Shown here: positions 26,001 to 39,865 of the stretch, one piece after another | Position numbering within the stretch: position 1 is the stretch's first letter | How the letters are laid out: the number at the start of each line of letters is the position of its first letter | DNA from: Squalus acanthias | Taxonomy: Eukaryota | Length of the DNA: 64,000 nucleotides | Direction: 5' to 3' | Assembly (NCBI GenBank): GCA_030390025.1 | Contig: JASTWF010000358.1 | Span: forward strand, 248,001 to 312,000 | Made by a program: the position numbers and the translations under genes | Notes under the pieces: model-generated | What the model was told of the DNA's origin: nothing | What the model saw: the letters and a program-made list of their open reading frames with translations, nothing else | Database searches by the model: none

Positions 26001-29000
26001 TCCCAGAGAGAGGCAGAGTACCAGAGAGACAGAGTCCCAGAGAGAAGCAGAGTCTCAGAGAGACAGAGTCCCAGAGAAATGCAGACTCCCAGAGAGACAG
26101 AGTCCCAGAGTGAGGCAGAGTCCCAGAGACACCGAGTCCCAGAGAGAGAGAGAGATAGTCCCAGATAAACAGAGTGCCAGAGAGTGTGAAAGTCCCAGAG
26201 AGACAGATTCACACAGTGACGGAGTCCCAGAGAGAGGCCGACTCCCAGAAAGACAGAGTACCATAAACAGGCAGAGTCCCAGAGAGACAGAGTCCCACGG
26301 AGAGGCAGAGGCCCGGAGAGACAGAGTCCAAGAGAAAGGCAAAGTCCCAGAGATAGAGAGTCCCAGAGAGACAGAGTCCCAGAGAGACAGAGTCCCAGAG
26401 AGCGAGAGAGTCCCTGAGACACAGAGTCCCATAGAGAGGCAGAGTCCCAGAGAGACAGAGTCTCTTAGAGACAGAGTCCCAGAGAGATAAAGGCTCAGAG
26501 AGGAGCAGTGTCCCAGAGAGACACTGTTCCATAAAGAGGCAGAGTCCCAGAGACACAGAGTGCCAGAGAGTGTGGAAGTCCCAGAGAGACAGATTCACAC
26601 AGTGACGGAGTCCCAGAGAGAGGCCGACTCCCAGAAAGACAGAGTACCATAAACAGGCAGAGTCCTAGAGAGACAGAGTCCCACGGAGAGGCAGAGGCCG
26701 GGAGAGACAGAGTCCAAGAGAAAGGCAGAGTCCCAGAGATAGAGAGTCCCAGGGAGAGAGAGTCCCAGAGAGAGAGAGTCCTAGAGAGACAGAGTCCCAG
26801 AGAGCGAGAGAGTCCCAGAGACACAGAGTCCCATAGAGACAGAGTCCCAGAGAGATAGAGGCTCAGAGAGGAGCAGTGTCCCAGAGAGACACTGTTCCAT
26901 AAAGAGGCAGGGTCCCAGAGAGACAGAGTCCCAGATAGAGGCAGAGTCACACAGAGACAGTGTCCCACCGAGAGGCAGAGGTCGCGAGAGACAGAGTCCC
27001 AGAGAGAGGCCGAGTCCCAGAGATAGAGTCCCAGAGAGAGAGAGAGTCCCAGAGAGCCAGTGTCCCAGAGAGCGAGAGAGTCCCAGAGAGACAGAGTCCC
27101 ATAGAGAGGCAGAGTCCCAGAGAGGCAGAGTCCCAGAGAGACAGAGTCCCAGAGAGCGAGACACTCCCAGAGAGACAGAGTCCCAGATATACCCAGAGTC
27201 CCAGAGAGAACGAGACCAAGAGACAGGCAGAGTCACAGAGAGACAGTGACCCAGAAAGAGGCAGAATCCCAGAGAGACAGAGTTCCAGAGAGAGGCAGTA
27301 TCCCAGAGAGACAGAGTCCCAGAGAGAAACAGTCCCAGACAGAGAGAGAGAGTCCCAGAGAGAGAGAGTCCCAGAGAGACAGAGTCCCAGAGGAGGGCAG
27401 ATTCCCAGAAATACAGAGTCCCAGAGATAGGCAGAGTCCCATAGAGACAGAGTCACAGAGAGAAGCAAAGTCCCAGAGAGACAGAGTCCCAGAGAGACAG
27501 AGTCCCATATCGAGGCAGACTGCCAGAGAGACAGAGACCCAGAAACAGGCAGAGTCCCAGAGAGACAGAGTGCCAGATAGAGGCAGAGTCACAGAGAGAC
27601 AGTGTCCCACGGAGAGACCGAGGCCAAGAGAGACAGAGTCCCAGAGAGAGGCAGAGTCACAGAGATTCAGTGACCCACGAAGAGGCCGAGGCCCAGAGAG
27701 ACAGAGTCCCAGAGAGCGAGACTGTCCCAGAGAGACAGGGTCCCAGATAAACCCAGAGTCCCAGAGAGAACGAGACCAAGAGACAGGCAGAGTCACAGAG
27801 AGACAGTGACCCAGAAAGAGGCAGAATCCCAGAGAGACAGAGTTCCAGAGAGAGGCAGTATCCCAGAGAGACAGAGTCCCAGAGAGAGATAGAGTCCCAG
27901 AGAGACACAGTCCCAGACAGAGAGAGAGAGTCCCAGAGAGACAGAGACCCAGAGAGAAGCAGAGTCCCAGAGAGACAGAGTCCCAGAGAGAGGCAGGGTC
28001 CGAGAGAGACAGAGTCCCAGAGAGAGGCAGAGACCCAGAGAGACAGAGTCCCAGAGAGAGGCAGAGTACCAGAGAGACAGAGTCCCAGAGAGAAGCAGAG
28101 TCTCAGAGAGACAGAGTCCCAGAGAAATGCAGACTCCCAGAGAGACAGAGTCCCAGAGTGAGGCAGAGTCCCAGAGACACCGAGTCCCAGAGAGAGAGAG
28201 AGATAGTCCCAGAGACACAGAGTGCCAGAGAGTGTGGAAGTCCCAGAGAGACAGATTCACACAGTGACGGAGTCCCAGAGAGAGGCCGACTCCCAGAAAG
28301 ACAGAGTACCATAAACAGGCAGAGTCCCAGAGAGACAGAGTCCCACGGAGAGGCAGAGGCCCGGAGAGACAGAGTCCAAGAGAAAGGCAAAGTCCCAGAG
28401 ATAGAGAGTCCCAGAGAGACAGAGTCCCAGAGAGACAGAGTCCCAGAGAGCGAGAGAGTCCCAGAGACACAGAGTCCCATAGAGAGGCAGAGTCCCAGAG
28501 AGACAGAGTCTCTTAGAGACAGAGTCCCAGAGAGATAAAGGCTCAGAGAGGAGCAGTGTCCCAGAGAGACACTGTTCCATAAAGAGGCAGGGTCCCAGAG
28601 AGACAGAGTCCCAGATCGAGGCAGAGTCACACAGAGACAGTGTCCCACCGAGAGGCAGAGGTCGCGAGAGACAGAGTCCCAGAGAGAGGCCGAGTCCCAG
28701 AGATAGAGTCCCAGAGAGAGAGAGAGTCCCAGAGAGCCAGTGTCCCAGAGAGCGAGAGAGTCCCAGAGAGACAGAGTCCCATAGAGAGGCAGAGTCCCAG
28801 AGAGGCAGAGTCCCAGAGATCAGAGTCCCAGAGAGAGCAGAGTCCCAGAGAGACAGACTCCCAGATAGAGCCAGAGTCCCAGAAAGAGGCAGAGTCCCAG
28901 AGAGACAGTGACCCAGAAAGAGGCAGAATCCCAGAGAGACAGAGTTCCAGAGAGAGGCAGTATCCCAGAGAGACAGAGTCCCAGAGAGAGAGAGAGTCCC

Positions 29001-32000
29001 AGAGAGACACAGTCCCAGACAGAGAGAGAGAGTCCCAGAGAGACAGAGTCCCAGAGAGACAGAGTCCCAGAGAGAGGCAGGGTCCGAGAGAGACAGAGTC
29101 CCAGAGAGATGCAGAGACCCAGAGAGACAGAGTCCCAGAGAGAAGCAGAGTCTCAGAGAGACAGAGTCCCAGAGAAATGCAGACTCCCAGAGAGACAGAG
29201 TCCCAGAGTGAGGCAGAGTCCCAGAGAGACAGGGTCCCAGAGAGAGGCAGAGTCCCAGAGAGATAGAGTCACAGAGAGGAGCAGTGTCCCAGAGAGGCAG
29301 TGTTCCATAAAGAGGCAGAGTCCCAGAGACACAGAGTCCCAGAGAGAGAGAGAGTCCCAGAGAGACAGGTTCACACAGTGACGGAGTCCCAGAGAGAGGC
29401 AGACTCCCAGAAAGACAGAGACCCAGTAACAGGCAGAGTCCCAGAGAGACAGAGAGAAAGATAAAGGCAGAGTCACAGAGAGACAGTGTCCCACGGAAAG
29501 GCCGAGGCCCAGAGAGACAGAGTCCCACAGAGAGGCAGAGTCACAGAGATTCAGTGACCCACGGAGAGGCCGAGGCCCAGAGAGACAGAGTCCCAGAGAG
29601 CGACAGAGTCCCAGAGAGAGGCAGAGTCCCAGAAAGAGGCAGAGTCCCAGAAAGAGGCAGAGTCCCAGAAAGAGGCAGAGTCCCAGAAAGAGGCAGAGTC
29701 CCAGAAAGAGGCAGAGTCCCAGAAAGAGGCAGAGTCCCAGAAAGAGGCAGAGTCCCCAGAGAGAGGCAGAGTCCCCAGAAGAGGCAGAGTCCCAGAAAGA
29801 GGCAGAGTCCCAGAAAGAGGCAGAGTCCCAGAAAGAGGCAGAGTCCCAGAAAGAGGCAGAGTCCCAGAAAGAGGCAGAGTCCCAGAAAGAGGCAGAGTCC
29901 CAGAAGAGGCAGAGTCCCAGAAAGAGGCAGAGTCCCAGAAAGAGGCAGAGTCCCAGAAAGAGGCAGAGTCCCAGAAAGAGGCAGAGTCCCAGAAAGAGGC
30001 AGAGTCCCAGAAAGAGGCAGAGTCCCAGAGAGAGAGTCCAGAGAGGCAGAGTCCCAGAAGAGGCAGAGTCCCAGAAAGAGGCAGAGTCCCAGAGAGAGGC
30101 AGAGTCCCAGAGAAGAGGCAGAGTCCCACGAAGAGGCCGAGGCCCAGAGAGACAGAGTCCCAGAGAGCGAGACTGTCCCAGAGAGACAGGGTCCCAGATA
30201 AACCCAGAGTCCCAGAGAGAACGAGACCAAGAGACAGGCAGAGTCACAGAGAGACAGTGACCCAGAAAGAGGCAGAATCCCAGAGAGACAGAGTTCCAGA
30301 GAGAGGCAGTATCCCAGAGAGACAGAGTCCCAGAGAGAGATAGAGTCCCAGAGAGACACAGTCCCAGACAGAGAGAGAGAGTCCCAGAGAGACAGAGACC
30401 CAGAGAGAGGCAGATTCCCAGAGAGACAGAGTCCCAGAGATTGCCAGTGTCCGAGAGAGACAGAGTCCCAGAGAGAGGCAGAGACCCAGAGAGACAGAGT
30501 CCCAGAGAGAGGCAGAGTACCAGAGAGACAGAGTCCCAGAGAGAAGCAGAGTCTCAGAGAGACAGAGTCCCAGAGAAATGCAGACTCCCAGAGAGACAGA
30601 GTCCCAGAGTGAGGCAGAGTCCCAGAAGAGGCAGAGTCCCAGAAAGAGGCAGAGTCCCAGAAAGAGGCAGAGTCCCAGAGAGAGGCAGAGTCCAGAAGAG
30701 GCAGAGTCCCAGATAGAGGCAGAGTCCCAGAAAGAGGCAGAGTCCCAGATAGAGGCAGAGTCCCAGAAAGAGGCAGAGTCCCAGAAGAGCAGAGTCCCAG
30801 AAAGAGGCAGAGTCCCAGAAAGAGGCAGAGTCCCAGAAAGAGGCAGAGTCCCAGAAAGAGGCAGAGTCCCAGAAAGAGGCAGAGTCCCAGAAAGAGGCAG
30901 AGTCCCAGAAAGAGGCAGAGTCCCAGAAAGAGGCAGAGTCCCAGAAAGAGGCAGAGTCCAGAGAGAGGCAGAGTCCCAGAAAGAGGCAGAGTCCCAGAAA
31001 GAGCAGAGTCCCAGAAAGAGGCAGAGTCCCAGAAAGAGGCAGAGTCCCAGAAAGAGGCAGAGTCCAGAAAGAGGCAGAGTCCCAGAAAGAGGCAGAGTCC
31101 CAGAAAGAGGCAGAGTCCAGAAAGAGGCAGAGTCCCAGAAAGAGGCAGAGTCCCAGAAAGAGGCAGAGTCCCAGAAAGAGGCAGAGTCCCAGAAAGAGGC
31201 AGAGTCCCAGAAAGAGGCAGAGTCCCAGAAAGAGGCAGAGTCCCAGAAAGAGGCAGAGTCCCAGAAAGAGGCAGAGTCCCAGAAAGAGGCAGAGTCCCAG
31301 AAAGAGGCAGAGTCCCAGAAAGAGGCAGAGTCCCAGAAAGAGGCAGAGTCCCAGAAAGAGGCAGAGTCCCAGAAAGAGGCAGAGTCCCAGAAAGAGGCAG
31401 AGTCCCAGAAAGAGGCAGAGTCCCAGAAAGAGGCAGAGTCCCAGAAAGAGGCAGAGTCCCAGAAAGAGGCAGAGTCCCAGAAAGAGGCAGAGTCCCAGAA
31501 AGAGGCAGAGTCCCAGAAAGAGGCAGAGTCCCAGAAAGAGGCAGAGTCCCAGAAAGAGGCAGAGTCCCAGAAAGAGGCAGAGTCCCAGAAAGAGGCAGAG
31601 TCCCAGAAAGAGGCAGAGTCCCAGAAAGAGGCAGAGTCCCAGAAAGAGGCAGAGTCCCAGAAAAATGCAGACTCCCAGAGAGACAGAGTCCCAGAGAGAG
31701 GCAGAGTCCCAGAGAGACAGGGTCCCAGAGAGAGGCAGAGTCCCAGAGAGATAGAGTCACAGAGAGGAGCAGTGTCCCAGAGAGGCAGTGTTCCATAAAG
31801 AGGCAGAGTCCCAGAGACACAGAGTCCCAGAGAGAGAGAGAGTCCCAGAGAGACAGGTTCACACAGTGACGGAGTCCCAGAGAGAGGCAGACTCCCAGAA
31901 AGACAGAGTACCATAAACAGGCAGAGTCCCAGAGAGACAAAGTCCCAGAGAGAGGCAGAGTGCCAGAGAGACAGAGACCCAGTAACAGGCAGAGTCCCAG

Positions 32001-35000
32001 AGAGACAGAGAGACAGATAAAGGCAGAGTCACAGAGAGACAGTGTCCCACGGAAAGGCCGAGGCCCAGAGAGACAGAGTCCCACAGAGAGGCAGAGTCAC
32101 AGAGATTCAGTGACCCACGGAGAGGCCGAGGCCCAGAGAGACAGAGTCCCAGAGAGCGAGACAGTCCCAGAGAGACAGAGTCCCAGATATACCCGGAGTC
32201 CCAGAGAGAACGAGACCAAGAGACAGGCAGAGTCCCAGAGAGCCAGTGTCCCAGAGAGCGAGAGAGTCCCAGAGAGACAGTGTCCCATAGAGAGGCAGAG
32301 TCCCAGAGAGGCAGAGTCCCAGAGAGACAGAGTCCCAGAGAGCGAGACAGTCCCAGAGAGACAGAGTCCCAGATATACCCAGAGTCCCATGAGAGAACGA
32401 GACCAAGAGACAGGCAGAGTCACAGAGAGACAGTGACCCAGAAAGAGGCAGAATCCCAGAGAGACAGAGTTCCAGAGAGAGGCAGTATCCCAGAGAGAGA
32501 GAGTCCCAGAGAGAAACAGTCCCAGACAGAGAGAGAGAGTCCCAGAGAGAGAGAGTCCCAGAGAGACAGAGTCCCAGAGGAGGGCAGATTCCCAGAAATA
32601 CAGAGTCCCAGAGATAGGCAGAGTCCCATAGAGACAGAGTCCCAGAGAGAAGCAAAGTCCCAGAGAGACAGAGTCCCAGAGAGACAGAGTCCCATATCGA
32701 GGCAGACTGCCAGAGAGACAGAGACCCAGAAACAGGCAGAGTCCCAGAGAGACAGAGTGCCAGATAGAGGCAGAGTCACAGAGAGATAGTGTCCCACGGA
32801 GAGACCGAGGCCAAGAGAGACAGAGTCCCAGAGAGAGGCAGAGTCACAGAGATTCAGTGACCCACGAAGAGGCCGAGGCCCAGAGAGACAGAGTCCCAGA
32901 GAGCGAGACTGTCCCAGAGAGACAGGGTCCCAGATAAACCCAGAGTCCCAGAGAGAACGAGACCAAGAGACAGGCAGAGTCACAGAGAGACAGTGACCCA
33001 GAAAGAGGCAGAATCCCAGAGAGACAGAGTTCCAGAGAGAGGCAGTATCCCAGAGAGACAGAGTCCCAGAGAGAGATAGAGTCCCAGAGAGACACAGTCC
33101 CAGACAGAGAGAGAGAGTCCCAGAGAGACAGAGACCCAGAGAGAAGCAGAGTCCCAGAGAGACAGAGTCCCAGAGAGAGGCAGGGTCCGAGAGAGACAGA
33201 GTCCCAGAGAGAGGCAGAGACCCAGAGAGACAGAGTCCCAGAGAGAGGCAGAGTACCAGAGAGACAGAGTCCCAGAGAGAAGCAGAGTCTCAGAGAGACA
33301 GAGTCCCAGAGAAATGCAGACTCCCAGAGAGACAGAGTCCCAGAGTGAGGCAGAGTCCCAGAGACACCGAGTCCCAGAGAGAGAGAGAGATAGTCCCAGA
33401 TAAACAGAGTGCCAGAGAGTGTGAAAGTCCCAGAGAGACAGATTCACACAGTGACGGAGTCCCAGAGAGAGGCCGACTCCCAGAAAGACAGAGTACCATA
33501 AACAGGCAGAGTCCCAGAGAGACAGAGTCCCACGGAGAGGCAGAGGCCCGGAGAGACAGAGTCCAAGAGAAAGGCAAAGTCCCAGAGATAGAGAGTCCCA
33601 GAGAGACAGAGTCCCAGAGAGACAGAGTCCCAGAGAGCGAGAGAGTCCCAGAGACACAGAGTCCCATAGAGAGGCAGAGTCCCAGAGAGACAGAGTCTCT
33701 TAGAGACAGAGTCCCAGAGAGATAAAGGCTCAGAGAGGAGCAGTGTCCCAGAGAGACACTGTTCCATAAAGAGGCAGGGTCCCAGAGAGACAGAGTCCCA
33801 GATAGAGGCAGAGTCACACAGAGACAGTGTCCCACCGAGAGGCAGAGGTCGCGAGAGACAGAGTCCCAGAGAGAGGCCGAGTCCCAGAGATAGAGTCCCA
33901 GAGAGAGAGGGAGTCCCAGAGAGCCAGTGTCCCAGAGAGCGAGAGAGTCCCAGAGAGACAGAGTCCCATAGAGAGGCAGAGTCCCAGAGAGGCAGAGTCC
34001 CAGAGATCAGAGTCCCAGAGAGAAGCAGAGTCCCAGAGAGACAGACTCCCAGATAGAGCCAGAGTCCCAGAAAGAGGCAGAGTCCCAGAGAGACAGTGAC
34101 CCAGAAAGAGGCAGAATCCCAGAGAGACAGAGTTCCAGAGAGAGGCAGTATCCCAGAGAGACAGAGTCCCAGAGAGAGAGAGAGTCCCAGAGAGACACAG
34201 TCCCAGACAGAGAGAGAGAGTCCCAGAGAGACAGAGTCCCAGAGAGACAGAGTCCCAGAGAGAGGCAGGGTCCGAGAGAGACAGAGTCCCAGAGAGATGC
34301 AGAGACCCAGAGAGACAGAGTCCCAGAGAGAAGCAGAGTCTCAGAGAGACAGAGTCCCAGAGAAATGCAGACTCCCAGAGAGACAGAGTCCCAGAGTGAG
34401 GCAGAGTCCCAGAGAGACAGGGTCCCAGAGAGAGGCAGAGTCCCAGAGAGATAGAGTCACAGAGAGGAGCAGTGTCCCAGAGAGGCAGTGTTCCATAAAG
34501 AGGCAGAGTCCCAGAGACACAGAGTCCCAGAGAGAGAGAGAGTCCCAGAGAGACAGGTTCACACAGTGACGGAGTCCCAGAGAGAGGCAGACTCCCAGAA
34601 AGACAGAGTACCATAAACAGGCAGAGTCCCAGAGAGACAAAGTCCCAGAGAGAGGCAGAGTGCCAGAGAGACAGAGACCCAGTAACAGGCAGAGTCCCAG
34701 AGAGACAGAGAGACAGATAAAGGCAGAGTCACAGAGAGACAGTGTCCCACGGAAAGGCCGAGGCCCAGAGAGACAGAGTCCCACAGAGAGGCAGAGTCAC
34801 AGAGATTCAGTGACCCACGGAGAGGCCGAGGCCCAGAGAGACAGAGTCCCAGAGAGCGAGACAGTCCCAGAGAGACAGAGTCCCAGATATACCCGGAGTC
34901 CCAGAGAGAACGAGACCAAGAGACAGGCAGAGTCACAGAGAGACAGTGACCCAGAAAGAGGCAGAATCCCAGAGAGTCAGAGTTCCAGAGAGAGGCAGTA

Positions 35001-37763
35001 TCCCAGAGAGACAGAGTCCCAGAGAGAAACAGTCCCAGACAGAGAGAGAGAGTCCCAGAGAGAGAGAGTCCCAGAGAGACAGAGTCCCAGAGGAGGGCAG
35101 ATTCCCAGAAATACAGAGTCCCAGAGATAGGCAGAGTCCCATAGAGACAGAGTCACAGAGAGAAGCAAAGTCCCAGAGAGACAGAGTCCCAGAGAGACAG
35201 AGTCCCATATCGAGGCAGACTGCCAGAGAGACAGAGACCCAGAAACAGGCAGAGTCCCAGAGAGACAGAGTGCCAGATAGAGGCAGAGTCACAGAGAGAT
35301 AGTGTCCCACGGAGAGACCGAGGCCAAGAGAGACAGAGTCCCAGAGAGAGGCAGAGTCACAGAGATTCAGTGACCCACGAAGAGGCCGAGGCCCAGAGAG
35401 ACAGAGTCCCAGAGAGCGAGACTGTCCCAGAGAGACAGGGTCCCAGATAAACCCAGAGTCCCAGAGAGAACGAGACCAAGAGACAGGCAGAGTCACAGAG
35501 AGACAGTGACCCAGAAAGAGGCAGAATCCCAGAGAGACAGAGTTCCAGAGAGAGGCAGTATCCCAGAGAGACAGAGTCCCAGAGTGAGATAGAGTCCCAG
35601 AGAAACACAGTCCCAGACAGAGAGAGAGAGTCCCAGAGAGACAGAGACCCAGAGAGAAGCAGAGTCCCAGAGAGACAGAGTCCCAGAGAGAGGCAGGGTC
35701 CGAGAGAGACAGAGTCCCAGAGAGAGGCAGAGACCCAGAGAGACAGAGTCCCAGAGAGAGGCAGAGTACCAGAGAGACAGAGTCCCAGAGAGAAGCAGAG
35801 TCTCAGAGAGACAGAGTCCCAGAGAAATGCAGACTCCCAGAGAGACAGAGTCCCAGAGTGAGGCAGAGTCCCAGAGACACCGAGTCCCAGAGAGAGAGAG
35901 AGATAGTCCCAGATAAACAGAGTGCCAGAGAGTGTGAAAGTCCCAGAGAGACAGATTCACACAGTGACGGAGTCCCAGAGAGAGGCCGACTCCCAGAAAG
36001 ACAGAGTACCATAAACAGGCAGAGTCCCAGAGAGACAGAGTCCCACGGAGAGGCAGAGGCCCGGAGAGACAGAGTCCAAGAGAAAGGCAAAGTCCCAGAG
36101 ATAGAGAGTCCCAGAGAGACAGAGTCCCAGAGAGACAGAGTCCCAGAGAGCGAGAGAGTCCCAGAGACACAGAGTCCCATAGAGAGGCAGAGTCCCAGAG
36201 AGACAGAGTCTCTTAGAGACAGAGTCCCAGAGAGATAAAGGCTCAGAGAGGAGCAGTGTCCCAGAGAGACACTGTTCCATAAAGAGGCAGGGTCCCAGAG
36301 AGACAGAGTCCCAGATAGAGGCAGAGTCACACAGAGACAGTGTCCCACCGAGAGGCAGAGGTCGCGAGAGACAGAGTCCCAGAGAGAGGCCGAGTCCCAG
36401 AGATAGAGTCCCAGAGAGAGAGAGAGTCCCAGAGAGCCAGTGTCCCAGAGAGCGAGAGAGTCCCAGAGAGACAGAGTCCCATAGAGAGGCAGAGTCCCAG
36501 AGAGGCAGAGTCCCAGAGATCAGAGTCCCAGAGAGAAGCAGAGTCCCAGAGAGACAGACTCCCAGATAGAGCCAGAGTCCTAGAAAGAGGCAGAGTCCCA
36601 GAGAGACAGTGACCCAGAAAGAGGCAGAATCCCAGAGAGACAGAGTCCCAGAGAGATGCAGAGACCCAGAGAGACAGAGTCCCAGAGAGAAGCAGAGTCT
36701 CAGAGAGACAGAGTCCCAGAGAAATGCAGACTCCCAGAGAGACAGAGTCCCAGAGTGAGGCAGAGTCCCAGAGAGACAGGGTCCCAGAGAGAGGCAGAGT
36801 CCCAGAGAGATAGAGTCACAGAGAGGAGCAGTGTCCCAGAGAGGCAGTGTTCCATAAAGAGGCAGAGTCCCAGAGACACAGAGTCCCAGAGAGAGAGAGA
36901 GTCCCAGAGAGACAGGTTCACACAGTGACGGAGTCCCAGAGAGAGGCAGACTCCCAGAAAGACAGAGTACCATAAACAGGCAGAGTCCCAGAGAGACAAA
37001 GTCCCAGAGAGAGGCAGAGTGCCAGAGAGACAGAGACCCAGTAACAGGCAGAGTCCCAGAGAGACAGAGAGACAGATAAAGGCAGAGTCACAGAGAGACA
37101 GTGTCCCACGGAAAGGCCGAGGCCCAGAGAGACAGAGTCCCACAGAGAGGCAGAGTCACAGAGATTCAGTGACCCACGGAGAGGCCGAGGCCCAGAGAGA
37201 CAGAGTCCCAGAGAGCGAGACAGTCCCAGAGAGACAGAGTCCCGGATATACCCGGAGTCCCAGAGAGAACGAGACCAAGAGACAGGCAGAGTCACAGAGA
37301 GACAGTGACCCAGAAAGAGGCAGAATCCCAGAGAGTCAGAGTTCCAGAGAGAGGCAGTATCCCAGAGAGACAGAGTCCCAGAGAGAGAGAGAGTCCCAGA
37401 GAGAAACAGTCCCAGACAGAGAGAGAGAGTCCCAGAGAGAGAGAGTCCCAGAGAGTCAGAGACCCAGAGAGACAGAGTCCCAGAGAGAGGCAGGGTCCGA
37501 GAGAGACAGAGTCCCAGAGAGAGGCAGAGACCCAGAGAGACAGAGTCCCAGAGAGAGGCAGAGTACCAGAGAGACAGAGTCCCAGAGAGAAGCAGAGTCC
37601 CAGAGAGACAGAGATCCAGAGAAATGCAGACTCCCAGAGAGACAGAGTCCCAGAGAGAGGCAGAGTCCCAGAGAGACAGGGTCCCAAAGAGAGGCAGAGT
37701 CCCAGAGAGATAGAGTCTCAGAGAGGAGCAGTGTCCAAGAGAGACAGTGTTCCATAAAGAGGC
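20021..37763. repeat. Degenerate GA-rich satellite of 16-bp (AGAGAGACAGAGTCCC) and 18-bp (AGAGAGAGGCAGAGTCCC) units with ~2.5-kb higher-order repeat, interleaved with pure 18-mer blocks (~20517-24090, 25081-25610, 29620-30120, 30620-31660)
   Basis: Shared GAGTCCCAG core. Diagnostic variants recur: ATATCGAGGCAGACTGCC near 27507, 32694, 35207; TCTCTTAGAGAC near 26461, 28508, 33695, 36208. Near-identical shadow ORFs recur at offsets of 5187 and 2513 bp. Confidence 0.95.
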
Positions 37764-39418
37764 TGTAAGGGGTGACCTGTGGCTCTGTGCTTAGCCTGGG
37801 TGCTAGTGCGGGGTTAGGCCTTGTTGCCTGTTCTGTTCTTCAGCCAGCCTGATAACACTAGACACCTGTGAGTGGTTCGACGCACTCGCCCTTACGGTTC
37901 TGACACTGGACTTAGGTGCGAGAGCAATAATGCAGAGAAAACTCAGGTAGACCCGGTTGAGCAGTGCGAAATGGAAAATCTTTATTGCATATTATTCAAG
38001 ATTACGAGATACATGTCATAAGCACAGATTAATGACAGTACAATCTTACACACAGTTATGAAACTAATTTTAGGGAAACGAGGAGCGCATGACACATCGT
38101 AAAAAGGGATACACATTATACTTATCCTTAAAACTTAAACCCTCCCCTATCAATACCTGTCCTAATCTAGATTTGTAGGATTGAGACTCATGCTCACCAC
38201 TCGTGATAACTCGGAGAATTCCGAAACTCTGCTCGGATGTTTTTACCGCAGCACCTGATGATCCACGTGTTGATCAGGGGTCTCTGTACCCCACTTGTTT
38301 ACTCGTTTCTGCTCCGGCTAGCAGGCTGGACCGTCTGCTGTCATGAAGATCTGTGTTGTCCTCGGAGTTCCGATACTACTCGAAAAAGAGTCTTCCTGTG
38401 CCCTCACCAGTTTGTAAAACTCAAAGAAAAGTCTTCCTGGGCAAGGAAGTGTTTATTCGACTTACAGGCGCGGTCGGGGCTTACTGACCGTGGCAATACG
38501 TATTGTCATCTTCTTCTCTTCTCATCTCATCTCCTCTCATCTCCTCTCGGGGCTTCGGTTCCAACACCGTTTACCGACTTCTCGGGATGGTGTGCCCATT
38601 TCAAGGCCTCACAGCCCAGTTCTACACAGATCTTCGCGGCAAGCCACGAGGTTGATCCTCGCGGATCAGAGTCCAGAGCCGTCAGGCAAGAGAATAAAAG
38701 TTCAACAGTCTTCCAGCAAGTCAAAGCAGCAAGTGCAAAAAGAAGCAGAGACAGCAGTCAGCAGCAAGAGTAGCAAGAGGCAAGAGACAGATGGACGGTT
38801 GTACCTTACAGTTATAGTGCTGTAATTCCTCTTTTCCCGCCCAATCTTAATGTCTATCTTTTGTCAGGGTTTTGGCGCTCAAACTTCTTGTATAGGGTGA
38901 TCTCCGTTTATAATGGGTTTCGGTGATACTTGTAACTGTCTGAGTACCCGTTAATACTTCTCCCATTGTGGAACCGGCTAGTAGTCTCCCTGGAGGGGTT
39001 TTGGGGCTTCCAAAAGCTTTCTGTAACTACCCGCAAACGGCTCTCTCATCGGAGAGTCGTGGGGATTTTGCATATTAATGTCTTTGGATGGGTTCTTGTT
39101 CGCTCGGTACAATAGCCCTTATTCGCACCTGGGAGACCGATTCCAGTATTTATGTATAAAATGCAAACCCATCATGTCTTGTCAATTTTCTCAAATGTGC
39201 TGAGTCCTGTACGATCTTGCACAAATGTTTATTGGAACGCCATCTTGTCTGCCCATTGAAAGTCTAGAACGTTCTGCCACGAGGCGTGGCGGCCATTTTA
39301 CAGGCTGTTTGTGTCCGCTTTGAAACCTGACAGCATTCTGCTGAAATAAAGCTGTTTGTACGAAACTTCATGTCTCCTTCTTATTTTATAAAATCGCGAT
39401 AATTTTGCGAATTCTTCA
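37764..39418 (-). repeat. 3' LTR of element 1 (~1655 bp; sense TGAAG...CTTACA), most diverged of the four LTRs
   Basis: Collinear with LTRs at 41062, 44545 and 55599. PPT adjacent. AATAAA on - strand at 37981-37986. Confidence 0.92.
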
Positions 39419-39429
39419 GTCCCTCCTGT
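39419..39429 (-). other. Polypurine tract of element 1 (sense ACAGGAGGGAC, then LTR TG)
   Basis: Immediately precedes the 3' LTR. Identical to element 3 PPT. Confidence 0.8.
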
Positions 39430-39865
39430 TGATGCGAATAACTCCGCTTATCGTATCAAAAATACTGTGGTGAGCAATATTATCTCGATTCTCCACATCC
39501 AAAAATTCCCATAACTTAAAACTATCTAGGGTCTCCGTGTCGTCCTTATTTCCCAGGAAAACTACATTCTTATAACACCGTAGGCAGCATTTGCCTTTAA
39601 CTTACACCACTTGTATTTTCCTTCCAGGTGTAATCAGGCCGATGCCTCTCGCACCACCTGCATATTTTCCTTTTTTTTTATTCAAGGAAAAAGAAAACAA
39701 AAACACCCAAACAATCATATTCAACAACACCAAACCAAAATAATCAAAACCAACTCTTAAAAATGTAGAGTTCCAAACTTAATTACAGTTTCTGAGAAAA
39801 ATCACGATCGATTACAACACTTCCGAGGCGCACGTGGAAAACTGGAGTGACGCCATTTTGTCTGT

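Noticed and set aside
1..37763. CRISPR-like or telomeric array
   Set aside because: No unique spacers, no cas genes, no TTAGGG-type unit; eukaryotic context.
20074..37768. Many long ORFs with [30 protein letters not shown] and GTLPLS repeats (SPRK resembles sperm-histone motifs)
   Set aside because: The 18-bp unit has no stop in any of six frames and frames switch freely at indels. These are satellite shadows.
38237..38825. LTR-encoded ORFs (178 aa, 111 aa; also 41637-42113, 45226-45429, 44631-44834) as possible accessory genes
   Set aside because: Not conserved in frame or length among the LTR variants; partly microsatellite-derived (SSHLISSH).
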